From contig JANLSU010000014.1 in the NCBI GenBank assembly GCA_031362565.1, positions 1-64,000 on the forward strand: a stretch of DNA of 64,000 nt, read 5' to 3'. Below the pieces are notes generated by a model, which worked only from the letters and a program-made list of their open reading frames with translations, was not told the DNA's origin and made no database searches. The translations under genes were made by a program, and so were the position numbers. Positions 48,768 through 57,963 of the stretch are shown here, piece after piece (within the stretch, counting starts at the first letter, position 1; the number at the start of each line of letters is the position of its first letter). This DNA comes from a bacterium. Its GTDB lineage: Bacteria; Krumholzibacteriota; Krumholzibacteriia; G020349025.

Positions 48768-51700
48768 ATGCTCGCGAAGGTTTTCGGAAAAGTCTTCAAG
48801 TCAAAGTCGGAGCGTGACTTCCGCCGCATGCAGCCGGTGGTGGGCAAGGTCAACGAGTGGTCCCAGTCCTACTTGCCGCTGTCGGATGAGGAGTTGCGGG
48901 CCAAGACATTGGAGTTCCGGGAACGCTTGTCCCAGGGCGCGACGCTCGACGATCTGCTGCCGGAAGCCTTCGCGGTGGTCAAGGATGCTTGCCGGCGCAT
49001 GTGCGGCCGGTCCTGGAATGTCGTCGGCCGCGACACCACTTGGAACATGGTGCCGTACGACGTCCAGCTCATCGGCGGCATGGCGCTCCACGAAGGCCAG
49101 ATCGCCGAAATGGCCACCGGCGAGGGCAAGACGCTGGTCGCCACCATGCCGCTCTATCTGAATGCGTTGAGCGGCCGCGGCGTGCATCTGGTGACCGTCA
49201 ACGACTATCTGGCACGTCGCGACGGCGAGTGGATGGGCGAGATCTTCAAGTTTCTCGGGCTCACGGTCGGCATCATTCAGCAGGGGATGACGCCGCCCGA
49301 ACGCCAGCGCGCCTATGGGTGCGACATCACGTACGGCACCAACAACGAATTCGGCTTCGACTACCTGCGCGACAATATGGCCACGCGGCTCGAAGACCGG
49401 GTGCACCGCGACTACACGGGCGGACTCCCAGGCAAGAATTTCTTCTATGCCATCGTCGACGAAGTCGACTCCGTGCTGGTCGACGAAGCGCGCACGCCGC
49501 TCATCATCGCCGGGCCGGTGCCGGACGCGAACCAGAATTTCGATGCTCTCAAGCCCGGCATCGAGCACCTCGTGCGGCTGCAGAACAAACTCGTCGGCGA
49601 GCGCTTGAGTGAGGCGGAGCGCCTCCTCGAACCGGGACTCGACAAGCTGGACGGCGACGGCGAACGCGAGCTGGGGTTCCAGCTCCTGCAGGTCAAACGC
49701 GCCGCACCCAAGAACAAACAATTCATGAAGCTCGTGAGCCGCGAACCGGCGCTCCAGAGGCTCTTCATGCGCGTCGAGGGCGACCTCATGCGCGACAAGC
49801 AGTTGCACACGGCCGATGAAGAACTTTATTTCGCGATCGACGAGAAGGGCAATACCACCGATCTCACCGAACGCGGCCGTGAGGAACTCTCGGATCGTAT
49901 CCGCCTGCCGCTCACCCTGCCGGACCTGGCGGTGGAACTGAAGCGCATCGAGGATACGCCGGATCTCGACGCCCCCGAACGCATCCGGCGGCTGGAAGCG
50001 ATGTACACCGAATACGCGCAGGCGAGCGACAGCCTGCACGACATCGGCCAGCTCATTAAAGCCTATTCGCTGTTCGAGAAGGACGTCGAATACGTCGTTC
50101 AGGACGGCAAGGTCATGATCGTCGACGAGTTCACCGGCCGCCTCATGCCCGGCCGGCGGTTTTCGGACGGCTTGCACCAGGCGCTCGAAGCCAAGGAAAA
50201 CGTCCATGTCGAACAGGAAACGCAGACGATGGCCACCGTCACCCTGCAGAACCTGTTTCGCATGTACGAAAAGCTCGCCGGCATGACCGGTACGGCGGAG
50301 ACCGAGGCCGAGGAACTCAAGAAAATCTACAACCTCGACGTCATGGTCATCCCGACGCATCAGCCCATTCGCCGCGTCGACTACGACGACTTCGTGTACA
50401 AGACGCGGCGCGAGAAGTTCAATGCGGTCATCGAGGAAGTCGCGCACCTGCACGAACGCGGCATGCCAGTGCTGGTCGGCACGGTGTCCGTCGAGACCTC
50501 CGAAACCCTGTCGCGCATGCTGAAGCGCAAGGGCATCGCCCACGAAGTGTTGAACGCGCGGCAGCACCAACGCGAAGCCGACATCGTGGCGCTGGCCGGC
50601 CAGAAGGGCGCCGTCATGATCGCCACCAACATGGCGGGCCGCGGCACCGACATCAAATTGGGCCCGGGGGTCATCGTCTGCGAGCGCGACGCGGATTACA
50701 AAGGGGCGCGTTGTCCGGCGTGTCCGTTCGGTGCCGGCAAGGCCGGGGCGCCGGGCGGGAACTACAAGCCTCGCGACGGTGAACTCGACGAACCCTGCGG
50801 CCTGCAGATCATCGGCACCGAGCGCCACGAGAGCCGCCGGATCGACCGCCAGCTGCGCGGCCGTGCCGGCCGCCAGGGCGATCCCGGCGCGTCGCGCTTC
50901 TATCTGTCGCTCGAGGACGACCTCATGCGGTTGTTCGGCTCGGAGCGCATCGCCGGCATCATGGACCGGCTCGGCGTCGAGGATGGCGAGGTGATCTCGC
51001 ACTCCATGGTGACGAACTCGATCGGGCGGGCCCAAAAACGCGTCGAGGCGCACAACTTCGACATCCGCGAGCACTTGCTCAAGTACGACGATGTCATGAA
51101 CAAGCAGCGCGAGGTGGCCTACGCCAATCGCTTGGACGCCCTGCGTGGCGCCGATCTCAAGAGCGAGATCATCACCATGGTGCAGTCCTTTGTCGCCGAT
51201 CAATTCAATTCCCACGCCGACGAGCGCGAGTGGAGCGAGGCGAATCTGGACGGCCTGTGGCTGGTGTTGCAGCAGGTGTTCCTGCGGCCGTTCCGTTCGG
51301 ATGACGTCGCGGCCCTGCCGTATGAACGGGCCCGCGAAGAGGTCGTCAACCAGGCGCTGCAGGCGCTCGCCGATCGTGAAACCTTGCTGGGTGCGGATCT
51401 GCTGCGGCAATTGGAACGCTACGCGTACCTGCGCGCCATCGACGACAAGTGGAAGGATCACCTGCGCGAACTGGATCATTTGCGGAGCAGCGTCGGATTG
51501 CGGGCCTATGGACAGAAGGATCCACTCCTCGAATACAAGACCGAAGCGTTTCAAATGCTCGAGGAGATGCTCAAAGAGATTGACAAACAGACGCTGTACT
51601 TCATATTCCACGCCCAAGTTTCGATGCGGCCGCCGGAGATCGAGCGGGCTCGGACCGAGGTCCTGACACCGATTCACAGCGCCGCCTCGAGCGCCTTCGG

Positions 51701-51938
51701 GGCGCAGCCCAGCGGCGCGGCGCCGCCAGCGGGGCGCGGACCGGGCGGACCACCGCTCCCGCCGGTACCGGGCGGCGGGCCGCAGGGTGGCAGGCGCGCC
51801 ATGCGGCCGGGCGCAGCGCCGCCGGAACCGGTGCGGCCGGCGACCGTGCGCAACACCGCGCCCAAGGTCGGGCGCAATGATCCGTGTCCGTGCGGCAGCG
51901 GCAAGAAGTACAAATTCTGTCATGGAACCTCGGAGTAA
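48768..51938 (+). CDS. secA: Preprotein translocase ATPase SecA
   Basis: [75 protein letters not shown]. Confidence 0.98.
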   Translation: MLAKVFGKVFKSKSERDFRRMQPVVGKVNEWSQSYLPLSDEELRAKTLEFRERLSQGATLDDLLPEAFAVVKDACRRMCGRSWNVVGRDTTWNMVPYDVQLIGGMALHEGQIAEMATGEGKTLVATMPLYLNALSGRGVHLVTVNDYLARRDGEWMGEIFKFLGLTVGIIQQGMTPPERQRAYGCDITYGTNNEFGFDYLRDNMATRLEDRVHRDYTGGLPGKNFFYAIVDEVDSVLVDEARTPLIIAGPVPDANQNFDALKPGIEHLVRLQNKLVGERLSEAERLLEPGLDKLDGDGERELGFQLLQVKRAAPKNKQFMKLVSREPALQRLFMRVEGDLMRDKQLHTADEELYFAIDEKGNTTDLTERGREELSDRIRLPLTLPDLAVELKRIEDTPDLDAPERIRRLEAMYTEYAQASDSLHDIGQLIKAYSLFEKDVEYVVQDGKVMIVDEFTGRLMPGRRFSDGLHQALEAKENVHVEQETQTMATVTLQNLFRMYEKLAGMTGTAETEAEELKKIYNLDVMVIPTHQPIRRVDYDDFVYKTRREKFNAVIEEVAHLHERGMPVLVGTVSVETSETLSRMLKRKGIAHEVLNARQHQREADIVALAGQKGAVMIATNMAGRGTDIKLGPGVIVCERDADYKGARCPACPFGAGKAGAPGGNYKPRDGELDEPCGLQIIGTERHESRRIDRQLRGRAGRQGDPGASRFYLSLEDDLMRLFGSERIAGIMDRLGVEDGEVISHSMVTNSIGRAQKRVEAHNFDIREHLLKYDDVMNKQREVAYANRLDALRGADLKSEIITMVQSFVADQFNSHADEREWSEANLDGLWLVLQQVFLRPFRSDDVAALPYERAREEVVNQALQALADRETLLGADLLRQLERYAYLRAIDDKWKDHLRELDHLRSSVGLRAYGQKDPLLEYKTEAFQMLEEMLKEIDKQTLYFIFHAQVSMRPPEIERARTEVLTPIHSAASSAFGAQPSGAAPPAGRGPGGPPLPPVPGGGPQGGRRAMRPGAAPPEPVRPATVRNTAPKVGRNDPCPCGSGKKYKFCHGTSE

Positions 51939-51940
51939 CA

Positions 51941-54145
51941 GTGACGAAATCGCTGGTCATCGTCGAGTCGCCGGCCAAAGCCAAGACGATCAAGAAATAC
52001 CTCGGCAAGGATTACGAAGTGCTGGCGTCCGTCGGGCACGTCATCGATCTGCCCAAGAGTGAACTCGGGGTAGACGTCGACAACGGGTTCGAACCGAAGT
52101 ACGTGACGATCAAGGGCAAGGTCAAGGTCTTGAAGGATCTCAAGGCCGCCGGCAAGAAGGCCGACATCATTCTGCTCGCCACCGACTTGGACCGCGAGGG
52201 TGAGGCGATCGCGTGGCATTTGCAGAACGTGATGCGCGAAGTACAGCCCAACATCCGGCGGATCATTTTCAACGAAATCACCAAACGTGCGATCCAAGAG
52301 GCGGTGCGGCAGCCCGGCGACGTCGATCAGAACAAGGTCGATGCCCAGCAGGCGCGGCGGATTCTCGACCGGCTCGTGGGCTACATGGTGAGTCCGATCC
52401 TTTGGCAGGTCTTCTACTACGGGCTGTCGGCGGGCCGGGTGCAGTCGGTGGCGCTCCGGCTCATCTGCGAGCGCGAACGCGAAATCCTCGCCTTCACGCC
52501 CGAAGAGTTCTGGTCGCTGACCGCCGAGTTGGCCACCAAGGGCACGATCTTCGAAGCCAAACTGCGGCAGTGGAAGGGCGAGAAGGCCGACCTCAAGAAC
52601 AAGGCCGACGTGGATACCGTGCTGGAGGCGCTCGCCAAAGCCACCTACCGCGTCGCCGAAGTGGAATCGAAGGAAAAGCGCCGCAATCCGTATCCGCCGT
52701 ACATCACCAGCACCATGCAGCAGGATGCGGCACGACGCCTGCGGTTTTCGGCCAAGAAAACCATGATGTTGGCCCAGCAGTTGTATGAAGGCGTCGAGCT
52801 GGGCGCCGAGGGCCCGGTCGGTCTCATCACTTACATGCGTACGGACTCGACTCGGATCTCGGACATCGCCAAGCAAGAGGGCGTCGAGCACATCATCAAG
52901 AACTTCGGCGAAGAGTACGTGCCGGAGACGGAGCGCAAGTTCAAGGTCGGCAAAGCCGCGCAGGACGCGCACGAAGCCGTTCGTCCGACATCGGTCGCGA
53001 ACCGTCCGGAGGACGTGAAACAGTTTCTATCTCCCGATCAGTTCGCGCTCTACGATTTGGTGTGGCGGCGCTTCGTGGCATCGCTCATGTCGAGCGCCGT
53101 CTACCAGGTGACCTCGGCCGACATCGCGGCCGCGGACGCGGTGTTCCGCGCCACCGGGTCGCTGCTCAAGTTCGATGGGTACATGCGCGCCTACCCGGAT
53201 GTGCGTGAGAAGGAAGACGGCGAAGGCGTGCTGCCGCCGCTCGAACAGGGCGCGATCGTCGATTTGCAACAGCTCCTGCCGCGGCAGCATTTCACCGAAC
53301 CGCCGCCGCGCTACACGGAAGCGAGCCTCATCCGCGAGCTCGAAGAGCGTGGCATCGGCCGGCCCAGCACCTACGCGACCATCGTCAGCACGATCCAGGA
53401 CCGTGAGTACGTCGCCAAGGAAACCGGCCGCTTCGCACCGACACCACTCGGCGTCGAAGTCTGGGGCGCGCTCGAGAAGAGCTTCCCGGACATCTTCGAA
53501 ACCGACTTCACGGCGCGTATGGAAACCGAGCTCGACAAGGTGGAAACCGGCGAAGACAACTGGCGCCGGGTGGTCGAGCAGTTCTACCGGCCCTTCTCGC
53601 GCGATCTGGAAGCGCTCAAGTCGGACCCCGAGAATCTCAAGCGCCTCGTACAGGCGCGCGCCGCCATCATCTGCGAGAAATGCGGCGCCACCATGATCAA
53701 GAAGTGGGGCCGGAACGGCCCGTTCTTGGCGTGCCCGACGTATCCGGATTGCAAGAACACCAAGTCGGTGGACGGCGAATCGACGGTCGTCAAACTCGGC
53801 AAGCAGTGCAAGTTGTGCGGCGCCGAAATGTTGAAGAAGAACGGCCGCTACGGCGAATTCGGCGCCTGCGAAAAATACCCCGAGTGCAAGTACACCGAAC
53901 CGTTGTCGATCGGCTTGAACTGCCCGACCGAAGGCTGCACCGGCTACCTGACCAAGAAGAAGAGCGGCCGCGGCAAGATTTTCTACGGCTGCAGCCGCTA
54001 TCCGGAATGCAAGTTCGCGTCGTGGGATAAACCGACGGGCGAGAAATGCACCGCGTGCGAGCAGGGCTTCCTGGTCGAGAAGAACACCAAGGCGAAGGGT
54101 ATTTTCAAGAAGTGCCCGGCCTGCAAGGAAGAATTCGTCGACTAG
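51941..54145 (+). CDS. topA: DNA topoisomerase I
   Basis: LVIVESPAKAKTI, ATDLDREGEAI, SAGRVQS, LITYMRTDS, GIGRPSTYA, C-terminal zinc ribbons. Confidence 0.98.
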   Translation: MTKSLVIVESPAKAKTIKKYLGKDYEVLASVGHVIDLPKSELGVDVDNGFEPKYVTIKGKVKVLKDLKAAGKKADIILLATDLDREGEAIAWHLQNVMREVQPNIRRIIFNEITKRAIQEAVRQPGDVDQNKVDAQQARRILDRLVGYMVSPILWQVFYYGLSAGRVQSVALRLICEREREILAFTPEEFWSLTAELATKGTIFEAKLRQWKGEKADLKNKADVDTVLEALAKATYRVAEVESKEKRRNPYPPYITSTMQQDAARRLRFSAKKTMMLAQQLYEGVELGAEGPVGLITYMRTDSTRISDIAKQEGVEHIIKNFGEEYVPETERKFKVGKAAQDAHEAVRPTSVANRPEDVKQFLSPDQFALYDLVWRRFVASLMSSAVYQVTSADIAAADAVFRATGSLLKFDGYMRAYPDVREKEDGEGVLPPLEQGAIVDLQQLLPRQHFTEPPPRYTEASLIRELEERGIGRPSTYATIVSTIQDREYVAKETGRFAPTPLGVEVWGALEKSFPDIFETDFTARMETELDKVETGEDNWRRVVEQFYRPFSRDLEALKSDPENLKRLVQARAAIICEKCGATMIKKWGRNGPFLACPTYPDCKNTKSVDGESTVVKLGKQCKLCGAEMLKKNGRYGEFGACEKYPECKYTEPLSIGLNCPTEGCTGYLTKKKSGRGKIFYGCSRYPECKFASWDKPTGEKCTACEQGFLVEKNTKAKGIFKKCPACKEEFVD

Positions 54146-54164
54146 CCTTTGGTTCGAAGGCACC

Positions 54165-55049
54165 ATGAACGACGCGACGACGATCGAGGCCTTCGTGCGG
54201 CGCCTGCGCGCCGAAGTCGCGCCGCGTACGGTCGAAGCGTACGAGCGCGATGTGCGCGCCTTCTTCGGCAACGAAGCGCCCAGTCCCAAAGCATTGGCCG
54301 CCGTCGATCCCGACCTGGTGCGCGCCCACCTCGCGAGTCTGGTACGGGCCCGCAACCGGCCGCGCACCGTGGCGCGACGGCTGGCGGCGTTGCGGCGTTT
54401 TTTCCGGCATTGCATCGAGATCGAGGTGCGAACCACCGACCCGACGCTGGGGCTGCGGGCGCCGAAACTCGACCGGCTGTTGCCGCGCTTCATCGACGAG
54501 GCGGGTGCGTTGCGGATGTTCGACGTGATCGATACCGCGAGCCCGCGCGGCCGGCGCGACCGCACCGTGCTCGAACTTTTGTACGGCACCGGCATGCGCC
54601 TGGGAGAACTCGTCGAACTGGATCGCGCGGCGGTCGAGGCTGAATCGGAAACCCTCCGGGTGCGCGGCAAGGGCGATAAAGAGCGTCTGTTGCCGCTCAC
54701 GGGAACCGTGCGCACGACGATTCTGCGCTACCTGCATGAGACGCCGGTCCCAAAGCCGGATGCCCGCGGCCGCGTGCCCCTCTTGGCAGGACGGGACGGC
54801 GGACGCTTGTCGCGCCGCACCGTGCAGCGGCTCGTCGGCGCGGCGATTCGGCGCGCCGCGCAGGCTTCGAAAGCCAGTCCGCACGTGTTGCGCCACAGTT
54901 TTGCGACCCATCTCTTGAATGCCGGTGCCGATCTGCGCGCCGTGCAGGAGTTGCTGGGACACAGCCGGCTCGGGACGACCCAGATCTATACGCACGTGTC
55001 GCTCGAGAGGGCTCGCAGCGCGTACACCCGGGCCCATCCGCGGGCTTGA
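54165..55049 (+). CDS. xerC: Tyrosine recombinase XerC
   Basis: LLYGTGMR, GKGDKER, HVLRHSFATHLL, LLGH...TTQIY. Follows topA. Confidence 0.88.
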   Translation: MNDATTIEAFVRRLRAEVAPRTVEAYERDVRAFFGNEAPSPKALAAVDPDLVRAHLASLVRARNRPRTVARRLAALRRFFRHCIEIEVRTTDPTLGLRAPKLDRLLPRFIDEAGALRMFDVIDTASPRGRRDRTVLELLYGTGMRLGELVELDRAAVEAESETLRVRGKGDKERLLPLTGTVRTTILRYLHETPVPKPDARGRVPLLAGRDGGRLSRRTVQRLVGAAIRRAAQASKASPHVLRHSFATHLLNAGADLRAVQELLGHSRLGTTQIYTHVSLERARSAYTRAHPRA

Positions 55050-55080
55050 GTCATCGTGGCTGTAATGCACGCCAGGGAGA

Positions 55081-56283
55081 GTGAAGATGCGGCGAGTGAA
55101 GCGCGGAGGATTTCCAGGCGGCGTCCGGCTCGTGGCGGCGCTTTGCTGCCTCGCACTAGCGGCTTGTGCGCGGGTCGGGGAATTGCCCGGCGGTGAACCC
55201 GATCGCGAACCGCCGCACCTCATCTCGGTCGTACCGCCGGACTCGACCACGAGCATCCGGCTCCAGCCGGCCTTCGAACTTCTGTTCGACGAACCGTTGA
55301 GCAGTGCGGCGGCACGGCGTGCGGTGCACATCACGCCGAACGTCCGCACCGAGGTCAAGGCGGCCGGCCGCCGGTTGCACATTCAGGTCCTCGAAGCGTT
55401 GCCGCCCGATACGCTCGTTGTCGTGACGATCACCAAACAACTGCAGGATGCGCCGCAGCGCGACAACAAGATCACGCGTGAGATCGTGTTGACATATTCG
55501 ACCGGTCCCAAACTGCGCGGCGCGGCCCTCTTCGGCCGGGTTTTCATCAAGGGCAAGACCGACAAGCGCGCCGCGGTCGTTTGGGAACCGGTGCAGCGCG
55601 ACACGACGCACACCGCGCGCCCGGTCGTGGGCCCGGTGGCCGGCGTCGACGCCGAAGGCCTCTTCCGGTTGGGTGGGATCCCACCTCTCGTGCCGTTCCG
55701 TTTGCGCGCCTTCCTCGATGCGAACGACAACTTGCGTGCCGATGAGAGCGAGTTGGCGGCCGTGTGGCCCGATACTTTCCGCTTGGCGCTGGGCGAGGTG
55801 CGGCGTGGCCTGGCGCTCGACGTCACCGATCCCAAGGAGCCGGCGACGCTTGTCGGTGTCGCGGTGAACAGCACGCGGCTGCGCGGCTCGCTCGCAGTCG
55901 CCCTGCGGCGCCTGATGCCGGCGCTCGACGACTCGGCGCTGGCCGACACGACACGCAGTGACCCGCGCCGCGGCAACACCCGGCCGATCGCCCGCCGCGA
56001 CACGTCGGCCTGGGCGCCGGCCTACGCCCGGCTCGATCCGCGCCACGTGCCGCGCGGTGCGTGGCAATTGGTGTACGCATCGCCGCGCGGCGACTACAGT
56101 GTGAGGGTCGCGCCCGGCCGCGTGGCCCTCGTCGCCTTTGTCGACGTGCAGCGGGACTCCCTGCCGGGCGTGTATGCGCGTGCCGACTCGAGTGGCTTCG
56201 ACTGGGAACCGCTCGTTCTGGGCGATACGCTGGATGTGCTTCCCGGCGCCAAGCTGCGGCCACGCGCTCTCGACGTGCGCTGA
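55081..56283 (+). CDS. Ig-like (Big_5-type) domain lipoprotein
   Basis: Lipobox LAAC, then ARVGELPGGEPDREPP...FDEPL, typical of this family. Confidence 0.75.
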   Translation: MKMRRVKRGGFPGGVRLVAALCCLALAACARVGELPGGEPDREPPHLISVVPPDSTTSIRLQPAFELLFDEPLSSAAARRAVHITPNVRTEVKAAGRRLHIQVLEALPPDTLVVVTITKQLQDAPQRDNKITREIVLTYSTGPKLRGAALFGRVFIKGKTDKRAAVVWEPVQRDTTHTARPVVGPVAGVDAEGLFRLGGIPPLVPFRLRAFLDANDNLRADESELAAVWPDTFRLALGEVRRGLALDVTDPKEPATLVGVAVNSTRLRGSLAVALRRLMPALDDSALADTTRSDPRRGNTRPIARRDTSAWAPAYARLDPRHVPRGAWQLVYASPRGDYSVRVAPGRVALVAFVDVQRDSLPGVYARADSSGFDWEPLVLGDTLDVLPGAKLRPRALDVR

Positions 56284-56302
56284 ACCACAAAGGAGGACGA
56301 CG

Positions 56303-57187
56303 ATGTTGCGCGGCGTGTGGACGGCGCTCGTGACGCCTTTTCGCGACGGGACCGTCGACTTGGAGGCGTTCCGCGGGCTCGTTGCGACGCAAACAGCGGC
56401 CGGCGTCGATGGGGTCATCGTCTGCGGCTCGACGGGTGAGGCGGCGACACTTTCGAACTCCGAACGCAGCCGGCTCGTCGAAGTCGCGCTCGAGGCGTGC
56501 CGGGGCACCGGCACCCAGGTCTGGGTCGGCACCGGCACCAATGCCACCGAGTCGAGCATCGAACTGACCCGCGCTGCCGAGGCCCAAGGCGCCCGGGGCG
56601 CCATGGTCGTCGCGCCCTACTACAACAAGCCAACCCAAGAAGGGCTCTTCCGGCACTTCGAGGCAGTTGCGCTCGCTACGTCCCTCCCGTTGATTGTCTA
56701 CAACGTGCCGGGCCGTACGGGCGTCAACATCGCGCCCGAGACCATCGCTCGCCTGCACGCGCTCGGACGCTACGCGGCCGTGAAGGAGGCAAGCGGCTCG
56801 CTCGATCAGGTGAGCGACATCCGCGCCCAGTGCGACATGACGGTGCTCTCCGGAGACGACTCGCTGACGGTGCCCATGATGGCGCTGGGCGCGACCGGCA
56901 TCATTTCGGTGGTGTCCAACCTGCTGCCGGGTGCGTTGCGCTCGATGGTGGATGCTTGCGCCGCCGGCGACTGGGCGCTCGGCCGCACCTGGCACTTCCG
57001 GCTCCTACCCTTTTTCCGGGCGGCATTCTGGGAAACGAATCCCTCGCCGGTCAAAATGTTGCTGCACCTCGACGGGGCGGGCATGACGCCCGAAACACGC
57101 CTGCCGCTCGTCCCGGCGAGCGACGCGCTACGGGTGCGGCTCGAGGCCGTGCTCCGCGCCGCGACTTGGCGAGAGGGACGCACGTGA
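56303..57187 (+). CDS. dapA: 4-hydroxy-tetrahydrodipicolinate synthase
   Basis: TALVTPF, GSTGEA, PYYNKP, YNVPGRTG, VKEASG, SGDD, ETNPSPVK. Confidence 0.96.
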   Translation: MLRGVWTALVTPFRDGTVDLEAFRGLVATQTAAGVDGVIVCGSTGEAATLSNSERSRLVEVALEACRGTGTQVWVGTGTNATESSIELTRAAEAQGARGAMVVAPYYNKPTQEGLFRHFEAVALATSLPLIVYNVPGRTGVNIAPETIARLHALGRYAAVKEASGSLDQVSDIRAQCDMTVLSGDDSLTVPMMALGATGIISVVSNLLPGALRSMVDACAAGDWALGRTWHFRLLPFFRAAFWETNPSPVKMLLHLDGAGMTPETRLPLVPASDALRVRLEAVLRAATWREGRT

Positions 57188-57963
57188 ACCACGCTGTCGT
57201 CGTCATCGGCGCCGCCGGCCGAATGGGCCGTTTGGTGACTGCGGGCCTGCGCCAAGCGGGATTCGACGACATCGTCGGGTTCGATCCCGGCGCCACGGGG
57301 GAGCTCACGATCGATGGGGCAGCGCTCACACTCGTCGCCGATCCCATCGGAGCGCTCGGCGAACAGGGCGTCATCGTCGATTTCTCGCACCCGGCGGCGA
57401 CGCCGCTCTTGGTTCGCGCCGCGGAATTGCGCCATGCCCGGCTCGTTATCGGCACCACCGGCCAGGACGCGGCGCAACTGCAGGCGTTGCGCGACCTTGG
57501 AGCGTCGGTGCCGGTCGTCCTCGCGCGCAACTTCAGCCTTGGTCTCAATCGAGTGCTTCAACTCCTTCCACATGCTAGTGTTTTGGTCGATGATGGTTTC
57601 GATGTCGAGTGTGTGGAAGTGCACCACCGCCAAAAACGCGATGCCCCGAGCGGCACGGCGCTCGCGCTCCTCGAGGCGCTCGGAACCGGCCGCGCCCCCG
57701 CGGTGCATGGGCGATCGGGGCCGAACGCGCTACGCGGTCCGGGCGAAGTCGGCGTGCATAGCCTGCGCATGGGACAAGTCATCGGTGAGCACACCCTCTA
57801 TTTTGGCGGCGAGCACGAGGTCATCGAGATCCGCCACCGGGCGCTCGATCGCGCCGCATTCGTGAGCGGTGTGGCGCCGGCGGTGCGCTTCGCAGCGCGG
57901 GCACCGGCGGGGTTCTATTCGATGTTGGACGTGATGCGCGATGCGTCTGGGGCGGAAGCATAG
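57184..57963 (+). CDS. dapB: 4-hydroxy-tetrahydrodipicolinate reductase
   Basis: GAAGRMG, VDFS, IGTTG, NFSLG, EVHHRQKRDAPSGTA. Confidence 0.95.
   Translation: MNHAVVVIGAAGRMGRLVTAGLRQAGFDDIVGFDPGATGELTIDGAALTLVADPIGALGEQGVIVDFSHPAATPLLVRAAELRHARLVIGTTGQDAAQLQALRDLGASVPVVLARNFSLGLNRVLQLLPHASVLVDDGFDVECVEVHHRQKRDAPSGTALALLEALGTGRAPAVHGRSGPNALRGPGEVGVHSLRMGQVIGEHTLYFGGEHEVIEIRHRALDRAAFVSGVAPAVRFAARAPAGFYSMLDVMRDASGAEA

Noticed and set aside
54165..55049. Tyrosine recombinase as a mobile-element integrase
   Set aside because: It has XerC-like size and motifs in the usual topA-xerC context, with no cargo or att sites.
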